A DNA stretch of 64,000 nt from Candidatus Bathyarchaeota archaeon (lineage in GTDB: Archaea > Thermoproteota > Bathyarchaeia > Bathyarchaeales > Bathycorpusculaceae): positions 96,001 to 160,000 of the forward strand of contig CAWGZR010000009.1 of the NCBI GenBank assembly GCA_963827165.1. Direction: 5' to 3'. The position numbers and the translations under genes are program-made. This document shows, piece after piece, positions 30,496 through 39,646 of the stretch; position 1 is the stretch's first letter; each line of letters begins with the position of its first letter. The notes below the pieces were generated by a model. It was not told the DNA's origin. It was given only the letters and a program-made list of their open reading frames with translations, and did not search any database.

Positions 30496-32201
30496 TTCGG
30501 CAACTCAGTTTTTCTACAGACGTTTGCGATTGTCGAGATGATTGACCACATTGTGAAGATGCCAAATACTCTAGTGTACTTAGAGGCCCCTGCGTCTTTG
30601 ATGTCGTTGACGCCTCCGCCAGCTTTCAAGTACCCGTCTATGAAGGCTTTAGAAAATGATTCCGCTTTTGCGTTGCCGCTGTTTAACGGTTGAATGTAAT
30701 GCCCGGAGTAATAGAGGAAGACAGCTATGTCCCAGGCTTTATCACCTTTCTGTGTAGCTTGACTGGCTTGCTCAAAATCTATAAGGAAAATGCTGCCGTC
30801 GGGTTTTACCAACATATTTTCAGGCTTTGTATCGCCCAAAGTTATTCCAAATGAATGAACGCGGGCGAGAATTTCCCCTGCCTTGCTTACCTGGACAAGT
30901 TCGGGCTCAACATTCTCACCTTTCTTAGCCGACCCAATCTTTTTGATTGTTTCATTCAGTCCTTCACCGTCGATGAACTCCATAAAAACCAAACGTTGGG
31001 CATTACTTACGTGAAAAATCTTCGGCACATTGAACCCCTCACTCCTAAGTAGCTCGTTCATGGCGCATTCTTTGGCAAGCCGTGCCTGAGCTGAAACAGA
31101 GAGCGATCTCACCCCCAGAGACCAAACAGTCAAGGGAAACCATTTGAAGCCTGAAAGATCCTTGTAACGTTTCGCAAGGGCTTTTGTTTCAATGTCTTTG
31201 CCGCGGGCACGAATCAAATATACGTCATTTAGCATTCCACCCATCGGCTCAACAGTGACGTTCTCACTCTGTCCTTTCGGCAGCATTTTTTGCGCAAACC
31301 CTTTGATGTCAATCTTATCAGCGAGTGAAAGCAAGCCTTCCGAAGTTTGGAAAAACACGTATTTTAGGGGGTCAGTGATTAGATAGGCTGGGTCGGGAAG
31401 TTTTGGCCAATTGATTTTTTGGGTTTTGAGGTAAATTTCAGTGTTTTGTGAAACGATGCTCATGAGCTGAGGGAAAAAACCGAAAAACGACGTGAAAATC
31501 GTCCGAGGTGCATTCCTCGTTAAATTGAAAATTCGCACCATTGGGTTCTTGCATCGGGCAATGAGTTTATTTGAAATTTTGACGAACCCATCGAAGAAGT
31601 AGATTTTTCCTTCACCCTCAATTGCGGCTAACGCTTCATTGTAGCTGCCAAGAGAATCTTCCTCGTTAAGAGTGACAGCTGCGATGAGGTTTGAAGCGTC
31701 ATATGCGAGAAGAGGAAAAACCCGGATTCGATTCAAAACTACTTCATAGAGGAAATACTGAGGTTTGATCTGCATTCTGCTGGCTAGCTCGGGAAAATTT
31801 ATGGTTAGATTTTCCAGCAACTCTAAAACCAAGCGTTTCTTCAAAGCAACCTCTTGACCATGCAAGTAGTCAGCGCCTGCAATCGTTAAGTATGGAAAAA
31901 TGAGTTTGCTCGCGATCGCTTCTCCTAAGAACCCACGCTCAATGTCCCGTTCAAAAATCCATTGGTCAACAGCCAATACAAAAACGGGTCTTTCTCCGAT
32001 AGTTCTCACGTAACTCATTACGCGAGGCTGAAAATCATGAATAACTATCATAACTTCTATTACGGCTCTTTCACTGGGAGCCTCCAAATGCCTATCTACC
32101 TGTGCTATTGCAGTTATAACGGCAGAACCGGCGATACGTCTACAAAAATCCAGTAGCTGACCATTTAAATCTACATTTGCGACGCCAATAACCTGTTTCA
32201 A
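30492..32201 (-). CDS. Nucleotidyltransferase-like N-domain plus atypical (Kdo/RIO/Bud32-like) kinase
   Basis: C-terminal VFMEFIDG, LGDTKPENM, LIDFEQA, WDIAVF; 4-bp overlap with MBL gene; N-domain call is tentative. Confidence 0.7.
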   Translation of the reverse strand: MKQVIGVANVDLNGQLLDFCRRIAGSAVITAIAQVDRHLEAPSERAVIEVMIVIHDFQPRVMSYVRTIGERPVFVLAVDQWIFERDIERGFLGEAIASKLIFPYLTIAGADYLHGQEVALKKRLVLELLENLTINFPELASRMQIKPQYFLYEVVLNRIRVFPLLAYDASNLIAAVTLNEEDSLGSYNEALAAIEGEGKIYFFDGFVKISNKLIARCKNPMVRIFNLTRNAPRTIFTSFFGFFPQLMSIVSQNTEIYLKTQKINWPKLPDPAYLITDPLKYVFFQTSEGLLSLADKIDIKGFAQKMLPKGQSENVTVEPMGGMLNDVYLIRARGKDIETKALAKRYKDLSGFKWFPLTVWSLGVRSLSVSAQARLAKECAMNELLRSEGFNVPKIFHVSNAQRLVFMEFIDGEGLNETIKKIGSAKKGENVEPELVQVSKAGEILARVHSFGITLGDTKPENMLVKPDGSIFLIDFEQASQATQKGDKAWDIAVFLYYSGHYIQPLNSGNAKAESFSKAFIDGYLKAGGGVNDIKDAGASKYTRVFGIFTMWSIISTIANVCRKTELPK

Positions 32202-32349
32202 CCGAATCTGCCAATACAGAATTAACCCTACAGATATTTAAAACAAGTCCGCAACGTTACAAATCGGCAAAAAAGTTTTCAGTTGCACGGAAACAAAACG
32301 ACCTCTTAGCCAAAGTGTAGGAAATGCCTCGACCAAGCGCATGCGGCAT

Positions 32350-32754
32350 CTAAGCGGTTTGTTCATGTGTAGGCAGCTTTGCCATAATGGCGACGGCGGG
32401 CGGATTGGATCCTTCTATGCTGGGTTGGGTTGTTAGTTTTCGGCAGATCAGGCTTAAGGATTCTTCGGTGAAATCAAGCATTTTTTGACCGTTTTGGGTG
32501 AGGCTGTAGATTTTTCTAGGCCGATCAAAATCCATATTCCACTCGCCTTTCACAAATCCCTTCTTTTCAAGAGTGTTTAACAAAGGATAGACGGTACTCG
32601 GACCGAAATAGACACCGAAGCTCTTGCGGACTTTTGTTATAATCTGGTAGCCATGCATCGGCTCGGTGCTGAGGAACTGAAGTATGATAAGGTCCAGTAA
32701 ACCTTTCATTAGTTTGGTCGAAACCTCCTTTTGAATTGTTAATGTTTTTAACAT
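32350..32754 (-). CDS. PadR-family regulator
   Basis: LLDLIIL..MHGYQI..GPSTVYPLL..RKIYSLT. Confidence 0.92.
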   Translation of the reverse strand: MLKTLTIQKEVSTKLMKGLLDLIILQFLSTEPMHGYQIITKVRKSFGVYFGPSTVYPLLNTLEKKGFVKGEWNMDFDRPRKIYSLTQNGQKMLDFTEESLSLICRKLTTQPSIEGSNPPAVAIMAKLPTHEQTA

Positions 32755-32990
32755 TTTTTCCTCACCTGTCTTTCTGTAGAACAGTATTGATGTTCTTCAC
32801 AAATACAATATGTCCTATTTCAGACATATCCTGATGTAGTTAATAGTAATAAACCATAATATAAATCTTCATACATACTACAAGCATACAAAAACATAGC
32901 AATGCCATATAACCCGACGACAAAATACACATAAAAGCTATAAACCGAAACGTCAAACAGTTCACATTAGCCCGCATCAAGGTACAACCC

Positions 32991-33332
32991 ATGTCAGAAG
33001 CCTACAAAGAAGAAATTGTACAACACATAATCAGAAACCTCCTGGACGTTCAACTACTCCGAATCGTGCAAACCAAACCAACATGGGGATACCAAATCAA
33101 AAAGCAGGTAGAAGAACAATTCCACATAAAACTAAGACACGGCGCACTCTATCCTGCCTTAAAGACTCTGGAAGACAGAGGCTTCCTGGAAAGCAAAAAA
33201 CAACAAAAAAACGGACGATCCCGCAACGTCTACGCTATTACCAAAGAGGGAAAAGATTACCTTCAAACCTACCGCAACATATTGAAAGAATTACTTGATG
33301 AGAGCGCAGAATCACCTGTTTCAGAATTCTAA
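32991..33332 (+). CDS. PadR-family regulator
   Basis: LLDVQLL..WGYQI..GALYPAL..RNVYAITKEG. Confidence 0.92.
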   Translation: MSEAYKEEIVQHIIRNLLDVQLLRIVQTKPTWGYQIKKQVEEQFHIKLRHGALYPALKTLEDRGFLESKKQQKNGRSRNVYAITKEGKDYLQTYRNILKELLDESAESPVSEF

Positions 33333-33461
33333 AAAGCAGACTAATGAAAAAAGACTTGCTGAAGTGCCGAGTTGAATAATCGTCGTCTTTTTTAAAAAAT
33401 GTTTTTTTTTCTTTCTTATCTTAATCCAATCTGCTTGAAAGCTATGGGCCTTGCGCATGGG

Positions 33462-33776
33462 TTATTTATAAACTGGAACGCCCAGCGCTTGTTCAAGTTC
33501 GTTACATTTATTCTGTAGGAATATGACTTCTGATTTCAAGCCTTTTAGTGCCCTTTTCTTTTCTTCAATTTGCGTTATGGCAATGCTTCTGAGTTCGTTC
33601 TCTTCTTTCTGCAAGTGTTCTCGTTCTCGCAGTAACTCTTGTTCTTCTGTTTTTATTCCGTTTAGAGTTGCTATCAAATCGGGAACGCTAAGTTCGTTTG
33701 ATTGCTCAACTTTTGTTTCATCCGCAGGAATCACTATTTTGTTTAGTTCTGATTCGCGGGTTTGTAACAATTCCAC
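33462..33776 (-). CDS. Coiled-coil protein
   Basis: Heptad-rich; paralogous to 34045..34650 (KTEEQ.L...L..ALG...YK). Confidence 0.7.
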   Translation of the reverse strand: MELLQTRESELNKIVIPADETKVEQSNELSVPDLIATLNGIKTEEQELLREREHLQKEENELRSIAITQIEEKKRALKGLKSEVIFLQNKCNELEQALGVPVYK

Positions 33777-34044
33777 TTTTTTTGGCCTCCGTAATGCTCC
33801 AGCGCAACATCACTGTATTCAGTATTAATATACAATATATAAGCGTTATTAAGTTTGAATATACGAACATAAATAACCACAATCGAGTTTCCTCGCCACA
33901 AACAGATTAACGCTTACTTTTGAAAAGTAGTCTCTTTTCAGAGCATAAGGAAACAATTTCTTTATTTCTAAACATAAATAATACTTAGCATGAATTTGAA
34001 ATTCATAAGGTTTTAGTTATCTTATTAGAAACTAATTTTGATCG

Positions 34045-34650
34045 GTGTTGAAGACAAAACATTCTAAATTGGTTGACAACGTTTTGGTTTGGGCTATCAG
34101 TGATGAGGAACTGGATTCAGACTTAGAATCAGATAAAGCTGCGTCGGATCCAAAGGGAAAAATGATACCCCAAAAACTTGAAGCATCACAAACAATCGAC
34201 CGATCGCGGCAAACAGACACCTTGCAAATTGCAGGGTCCTCAAATTCGATTAGCGATTCAGATCTCTTAAGATCTTTGCAAAATATGAAAACAGAAGAGC
34301 AAGATCTCATAGAACAAAAACAACGCTTAGTAGCAGCGCAGCAAAACCTTCAAAATAAACTCTTCAAAGAAATTGAAAAAAGGAAGGCAATGGTCGCCCA
34401 CTTGAGAACAGAAATTACTGATCTTGAGAACAGAACGAAGCAACTCGGAGAAGCACTCGGCATTGACATTTACAAGAAAACTCAGCTTGAGACAAATTCA
34501 CCAATGCATCTCGTCACAAAAGTGGAGCAAGCCCTTCCTGAGTGTGTCGGATTATTGAAGTGCCCAAAACCAGAAGTATGCAGAAGTTACGATTCTTGTT
34601 TAAAAAAATATATGAACGCTGAAATGAGAAATGAAGTCCTAAAGTTTTAG
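34045..34650 (+). CDS. Coiled-coil protein with C-terminal 4-Cys cluster
   Basis: KTEEQDL...GEALGIDIYK; CVGLLKCPKPEVCRSYDSC; start likely later. Confidence 0.7.
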   Translation: MLKTKHSKLVDNVLVWAISDEELDSDLESDKAASDPKGKMIPQKLEASQTIDRSRQTDTLQIAGSSNSISDSDLLRSLQNMKTEEQDLIEQKQRLVAAQQNLQNKLFKEIEKRKAMVAHLRTEITDLENRTKQLGEALGIDIYKKTQLETNSPMHLVTKVEQALPECVGLLKCPKPEVCRSYDSCLKKYMNAEMRNEVLKF

Positions 34651-35042
34651 TCTTGGATTAATTTGGTATTTTCTCTCTTTTGGATTGTCGTTTCGATTGG
34701 AGTTTAACATTGCACTTTAAGGACCAGCTTATTATTATTCATTTTTTTTGTTTTGGGAATACATGATAGACCCTTTGAATTCTTGAATAATTGGAAGCAC
34801 CGAAGCACTCTAATCAAAGAGAGAAAAAAATTAGTTGATGTTTCTTATTAAAAATAAACATTCTTCGCAGAAGACGCATGTTTAGAAGTTCTTTTGCCTT
34901 GCCAATAATAATCGGGTACCATTTCAATGTCGGTATCAATATTCGTGCGGTTTCCATAAAACGCTTGAAAATTGGTCCATTTAGGTCTAGTTGCTTGACG
35001 AAACAGCGACGTTTTATCGCCTAATAGCCTGTTTTAGGCTGT

Positions 35043-35480
35043 TTAGGTGATGCTTACGTTTTGAATGTCGAAGTATCTTTTTGCTAAAAAGCGCAGACGC
35101 TCGGCGTTTTTGCCGTTTTTACCAATCGCGACGCCCTTGTCCTTTGGGTTTACCGTGATGACTGCCATCTTTTTTCCGTCGGTTCGTTCTGTGACGCGTA
35201 CTTCTCTTACTGCTGCGGGTTTCAAAGCGTTTTTCATGAATTGAACTGGATCTTCGCTGTACTCGATGATCTCATGTTTCTTGCCTGTCATCCGCTCCAA
35301 TGTGTGGATGTTTCTGCCGCCTTTTCCTATTGCAACGCCTACTTGTCCTTGATTGACGATGAAGATTGCTCGCTCTTGTTCTTCGTCGATTATGCAGTCT
35401 TTCACGCTTGCGCCGCTTATGCTTTCAAACAGAGCTATGTAACGCATTTCGTCGCACGTGATTTTTATGCCAGTTGTCAG
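35043..35480 (-). CDS. nusA: Archaeal NusA (KH domains)
   Basis: MRYIALFESISGA, two AIGKxG KH motifs; in-frame extension to a CTG at 35478-80 behind GGAGG. Confidence 0.95.
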   Translation of the reverse strand: MTTGIKITCDEMRYIALFESISGASVKDCIIDEEQERAIFIVNQGQVGVAIGKGGRNIHTLERMTGKKHEIIEYSEDPVQFMKNALKPAAVREVRVTERTDGKKMAVITVNPKDKGVAIGKNGKNAERLRFLAKRYFDIQNVSIT

Positions 35481-35497
35481 TTTTTTTCCTCCATTTT

Positions 35498-35812
35498 TTA
35501 TTCTTCAGGTTGTTCCTCGGTTAGTTTGAGAATGTCAGAGTCCCCAGTTTCTCGGATGCTCAAAGCTGAAATAATGAAGAGTTTTTTGCAGACTTCGGCG
35601 AGATCCATTGAGCCACCTTTGTAAGTTATTACCGGGACTTTAGAGATTTCCCCAAAGTATTCTATCTGTTCTTTTATGGTTTTTGGACAGTTAGAAGCTA
35701 AAACAATCATCTTAGCCTTCCCTGTCTTGGCGTTTTGCAATGCTGTGTTAGCTCCGAAAGATACCTTGCCGGTTTTAACCGCTGACGCTAACGCCTTATC
35801 TATATCTATCAT
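35498..35812 (-). CDS. rpl30e: 50S ribosomal protein L30e
   Basis: AVKTGKVSFG..KMIVLASNCP..TGDSDIL; canonical position. Confidence 0.96.
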   Translation of the reverse strand: MIDIDKALASAVKTGKVSFGANTALQNAKTGKAKMIVLASNCPKTIKEQIEYFGEISKVPVITYKGGSMDLAEVCKKLFIISALSIRETGDSDILKLTEEQPEE

Positions 35813-38800
35813 GCTTCTGTCTTTCCTCCATCTTTATCTTGCCTTTCAAATGTTGACATGTACAATTCAACTAAGCCAGTCCCGATTGGTATCGACTGCC
35901 CAACTATAACGTTTTCGGTTACTCCTGCCAAGGGATCGCTTTCTCCTTTGACGGCTGCTTCAATAATGTTAGGAACGGTGATTTCGAATGCGGCGCGCGC
36001 TAAAACACTTGCTTTCTTTCCGCTGATGCCGTGCCTGCCGATCTGTTGCACATCGCCTGTAGTAGTCATCATGTCTGCAACGAGCATTACGTGCCTAACA
36101 TCTACGTCTAAGCCTTGATCTTCCAAGACGCCTTTCGCTTCATGGACAAGTGCGTTTCGTGAGGCTTCGACTCCTAAGGTTTTGGCGATTTCATGGATGT
36201 TGTTGGTGGTGGTCCGTGAGGTGTCTACGCCTTCAATCTCTAAGACTTTTGATAAGTTTGAGCCGTCAGTGCGTATTACCCACTCGCCGCTTTCTTCAGT
36301 GACAAGTACACGTTTAATGTCTGGTACTCCTTTGACTTGGAACCCAGGGATCTTGCCCAGCATACGTTTCAGTTGCTCAGCCTTTTTCGGCTTTATCTCC
36401 ACTGTAGAGTTGGTTACTGTGACTGTGGCGTTCTGCAATTGCAACCGTTCGTTGAGCAGCTCCATTGTTATGCCTCTGTCGTCCATCATTGATTTGCTTA
36501 ACTCAATTATGATTTCTTCACGTACAGGGTCTTCGTAAATTGCTGAAGCCAAGTTTTCGACCGATGTGTAAATTATGTTTCTCGCTACTTCAACGGCGCC
36601 TTCTTTGCTTTTCGCGTGATCACCCATCAGGTAAATCGTCATAATTGGAGTTGAGGGAATTCTGCGGGCATCGACGATTTCAATAAGTCGCGGTAAGCCT
36701 AAGGTGACGTTTTGTTCTTTGACACCTGCGTAGTGGAAGGTTCTAAGGGTCATCTGTGTGCCTGGTTCGCCGATTGACTGTGCGGCGACAATTCCCACTG
36801 CTTCACCGGGTTCCATAAGGGCTCGTTTGTATTGGTCAGCTGTTGTGAACGCGGCTTTTTCAACACTTTTGTTGGTGAGTTTGCCTTTTGCGAAGTTTTG
36901 TTTTAGCTGGTTTAGCAGAATCGGTGTAATTTGGTTTTCGACTTTTTTAAGTTGTTTTTTGATTTCTTCGGCGGATGCGGGTTCTCCCTTTTCTTGTCCG
37001 ATTTTTATCTGGTCGATGAGTCGAGTGACGTTTACTGCTTTTCCATGGTCGCTTTTGGCTGGGTCAACTCCGTCTTCTCCGTACCGGAACTGAATGATGT
37101 CGCCGGCTGAGTCGCGGACTGTACTGTCGTATTCGAGGCGTATGTGTTCAAGTGCGTTAATTAGCCTGCGCTGCATGTAACCGCTTTGTTGTGTGCGGAC
37201 GGCTGTGTCGACTAGTCCTTCTCTGCCACCCATAGCGTGGAAGAAGAATTCAATCGCGTCCAAACCGGTCTGGTATGAATTGTAGACAAAGCCTCTGGCT
37301 CTTGGAAGAGGATCGTTTTCTTTGAAGTGCGGCAATGCCCTTCCAGAATAGCCTCGCAAGATGCGTTTGCCTCGGACTGACTGTTGTCCTACGCAAGCAG
37401 CCATTTGGCCAATGTTAAGGCTTGAGCCTCTTGCGCCAGTTCGAGTCATGACGATGCCAGCGTTTTCCAATGTGAAGTCTTCGTCTGCTATCTTACCTGA
37501 TTCGTCTCGCGCTACGGCAAGCTCATGCATGACGTAGATTTCAAATGATTCCTCTAAGGTTTGACCTGGCAATCGCGGCAAAGTGCCGTTTTTGAAGTTT
37601 TCGATGTGTTCGTCGATTTTCTTTTGGATCCGCTCCATGGTTTTAGCCATACGATTGCGGGCTCTGGGTGAAAGAACTAGTTGCTCGTAAGTGTAGCTGA
37701 AGCCGCGCATTGAAATGTATAGTTTTAGAAGGTGAGTTATGTTGTTGAGGAATTGCCTTCCTGCTTGGGTGCCGTAGTCTTTGATTATTCTGTGAAGCAA
37801 ACTTTCAGATTGTTCTGAACCGATTGATTTCCTATCGATTATTCCTGAGACCAGTTGTCCGTTTCTAACTACAACGTAAGCGTCATGTTTGCATTCTTCC
37901 TCTTCGCATTTAGTGCAGCCTTGGCAAATGTTTGCTTTTAAAACGTAATTCAACGTTTTAGGTAGATAGAGGCTGAAGATTTGTTTGCCAGACCACATGG
38001 GTTCAGGTTCTTTGATTTCGGGTTCAGGAAGCGCGTCTGTGTACCCAGTTGCGGTGAGTAGACGGTCAACTTGGTCACGGTTGATGTAGTTGCCTTTTCT
38101 TGTGAAGTAATATGCGCTCGTGATGAAATCTCGAATAGCGCCAATGATGGGTCCACCAAATCTTGGCGAAAGGATTTGGTCTTGAACTTGCATCAGAAGC
38201 AACGCTTCAGTTCGGGCTTCTTCGCTTTGCGGTACGTGAAGGTTCATTTCGTCCCCGTCGAAGTCAGCGTTATACGGAGGACAGACACATAAGTGGAGTC
38301 GGAAAGTCTTGTAGGGCAGAACTCGAACGTAGTGAGCCATGATGGACATGCGGTGAAGTGAAGGTTGCCGATTGAAGATTGCTATGTCCCCGTTCTTAAG
38401 GTGCCGTTCAACAACGAAGCCAAGTTCCACGGCTTCTGCGATTTTTGTGCGGTCAACCACGAATTCTAGTCGTATGCGTTTGCCATCTGGCCTAATGATG
38501 TATAGAGCGCCAGGATAGGTTTCTGGTCCGTTAATGACGAGTTTTTTCATTTCCTCGATGTTCCAAGCTGTGACTTTTTCTGGAACAGAAAGACGCATAG
38601 CAACATCGACAGGCACACCGACCTCGTTAATGTCAAGGTTCGGGTCAGGAGAAATTACTGTGCGTGCAGAGAAGTCAACACGTTTTCCTGAGAGATTGCT
38701 TCTGAAACGCCCCTCTTTGCCTTTCAGCCGCTGCGATAGAGTTTTTAGTGCTCTGCCGCTTCGGTGTCTAGCAGGTGGGATACCTGAGGCTTCATTGTTA

Positions 38801-39645
38801 AAGTAGGTTGTAACGTGATACTGCAAAAGCTCGGAGAGGTCCTGAATGATAAGTGTAGGTGCTCCTGCCTCCATGTTTTCCTTTAAACGCTGGTTAATAC
38901 GGATGATGTCTACAAGTTTGTGGGTTAAATCGTCTTCAGATCGGATGCCTGATTCAAGCGTGATTGATGGGCGAACGTAGACTGGCGGTACAGGTAAAAC
39001 CTGTAAAACCATCCATTCTGGACGTGCAACTTTCGGGTTGAAGCCTAAGACTTCTAGGTCTTCGTCTGAAATGCGTTCAAGCCTTTCTCTAATCATGCTT
39101 GGAGTTAAAGGTTCAGAGCCGGCTTCAGTTTGCTCGATAAATTTTGTTGGCTTCTCAAAAGTGATTTTGAATTGAGCTGCAGCGCAGTAAGGACATTGCT
39201 TGGCTTTTATTTCAGTCATGATTTCCTTGTAAGTTTCATCAGGGATTGTTCCCAAAAGGTCGTTGAGCCGCTCGATACGTTGACGGGCTTTTTTGGCGGC
39301 ATCTTCAGTTAAGAGTATGCGACCGCAGCTACGGCATGTGGATTTCAAAAGATCAAAAATGATTTTGGTGAATTCAATGTGCACTATTGGAACTGCAAGT
39401 TCTATGTGTCCGAAGTGTCCGGGGCAGCGGATTGCGGTGTTGCCGCAGGTTTTGCAACGTTGCCTTGGTTCAAGGGTGCCTAGTCTGCCGTCCATGAGTC
39501 CAGCGGTGATTGGTGCACCGTCTTCGTCGTAGGTGTCTGGAGTTTGGATTTCAACGACTGACTGTTTCCTCAAGTCTTTGGGTGAAATTAAGCCGAATGA
39601 TATTTCGTCAACTATCTTATGGATGAGTTCTTCCTGTTGTGACAT
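35809..39645 (-). CDS. rpoA: RNA polymerase largest subunit, A' and A'' fused
   Basis: Zn clamp CKTC..CPGHFGH, NADFDGD, TQMTLRTFH, ARAAFE in one 1278-aa ORF. Confidence 0.98.
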   Translation of the reverse strand: MSQQEELIHKIVDEISFGLISPKDLRKQSVVEIQTPDTYDEDGAPITAGLMDGRLGTLEPRQRCKTCGNTAIRCPGHFGHIELAVPIVHIEFTKIIFDLLKSTCRSCGRILLTEDAAKKARQRIERLNDLLGTIPDETYKEIMTEIKAKQCPYCAAAQFKITFEKPTKFIEQTEAGSEPLTPSMIRERLERISDEDLEVLGFNPKVARPEWMVLQVLPVPPVYVRPSITLESGIRSEDDLTHKLVDIIRINQRLKENMEAGAPTLIIQDLSELLQYHVTTYFNNEASGIPPARHRSGRALKTLSQRLKGKEGRFRSNLSGKRVDFSARTVISPDPNLDINEVGVPVDVAMRLSVPEKVTAWNIEEMKKLVINGPETYPGALYIIRPDGKRIRLEFVVDRTKIAEAVELGFVVERHLKNGDIAIFNRQPSLHRMSIMAHYVRVLPYKTFRLHLCVCPPYNADFDGDEMNLHVPQSEEARTEALLLMQVQDQILSPRFGGPIIGAIRDFITSAYYFTRKGNYINRDQVDRLLTATGYTDALPEPEIKEPEPMWSGKQIFSLYLPKTLNYVLKANICQGCTKCEEEECKHDAYVVVRNGQLVSGIIDRKSIGSEQSESLLHRIIKDYGTQAGRQFLNNITHLLKLYISMRGFSYTYEQLVLSPRARNRMAKTMERIQKKIDEHIENFKNGTLPRLPGQTLEESFEIYVMHELAVARDESGKIADEDFTLENAGIVMTRTGARGSSLNIGQMAACVGQQSVRGKRILRGYSGRALPHFKENDPLPRARGFVYNSYQTGLDAIEFFFHAMGGREGLVDTAVRTQQSGYMQRRLINALEHIRLEYDSTVRDSAGDIIQFRYGEDGVDPAKSDHGKAVNVTRLIDQIKIGQEKGEPASAEEIKKQLKKVENQITPILLNQLKQNFAKGKLTNKSVEKAAFTTADQYKRALMEPGEAVGIVAAQSIGEPGTQMTLRTFHYAGVKEQNVTLGLPRLIEIVDARRIPSTPIMTIYLMGDHAKSKEGAVEVARNIIYTSVENLASAIYEDPVREEIIIELSKSMMDDRGITMELLNERLQLQNATVTVTNSTVEIKPKKAEQLKRMLGKIPGFQVKGVPDIKRVLVTEESGEWVIRTDGSNLSKVLEIEGVDTSRTTTNNIHEIAKTLGVEASRNALVHEAKGVLEDQGLDVDVRHVMLVADMMTTTGDVQQIGRHGISGKKASVLARAAFEITVPNIIEAAVKGESDPLAGVTENVIVGQSIPIGTGLVELYMSTFERQDKDGGKTEA

Positions 39646-39646
39646 T

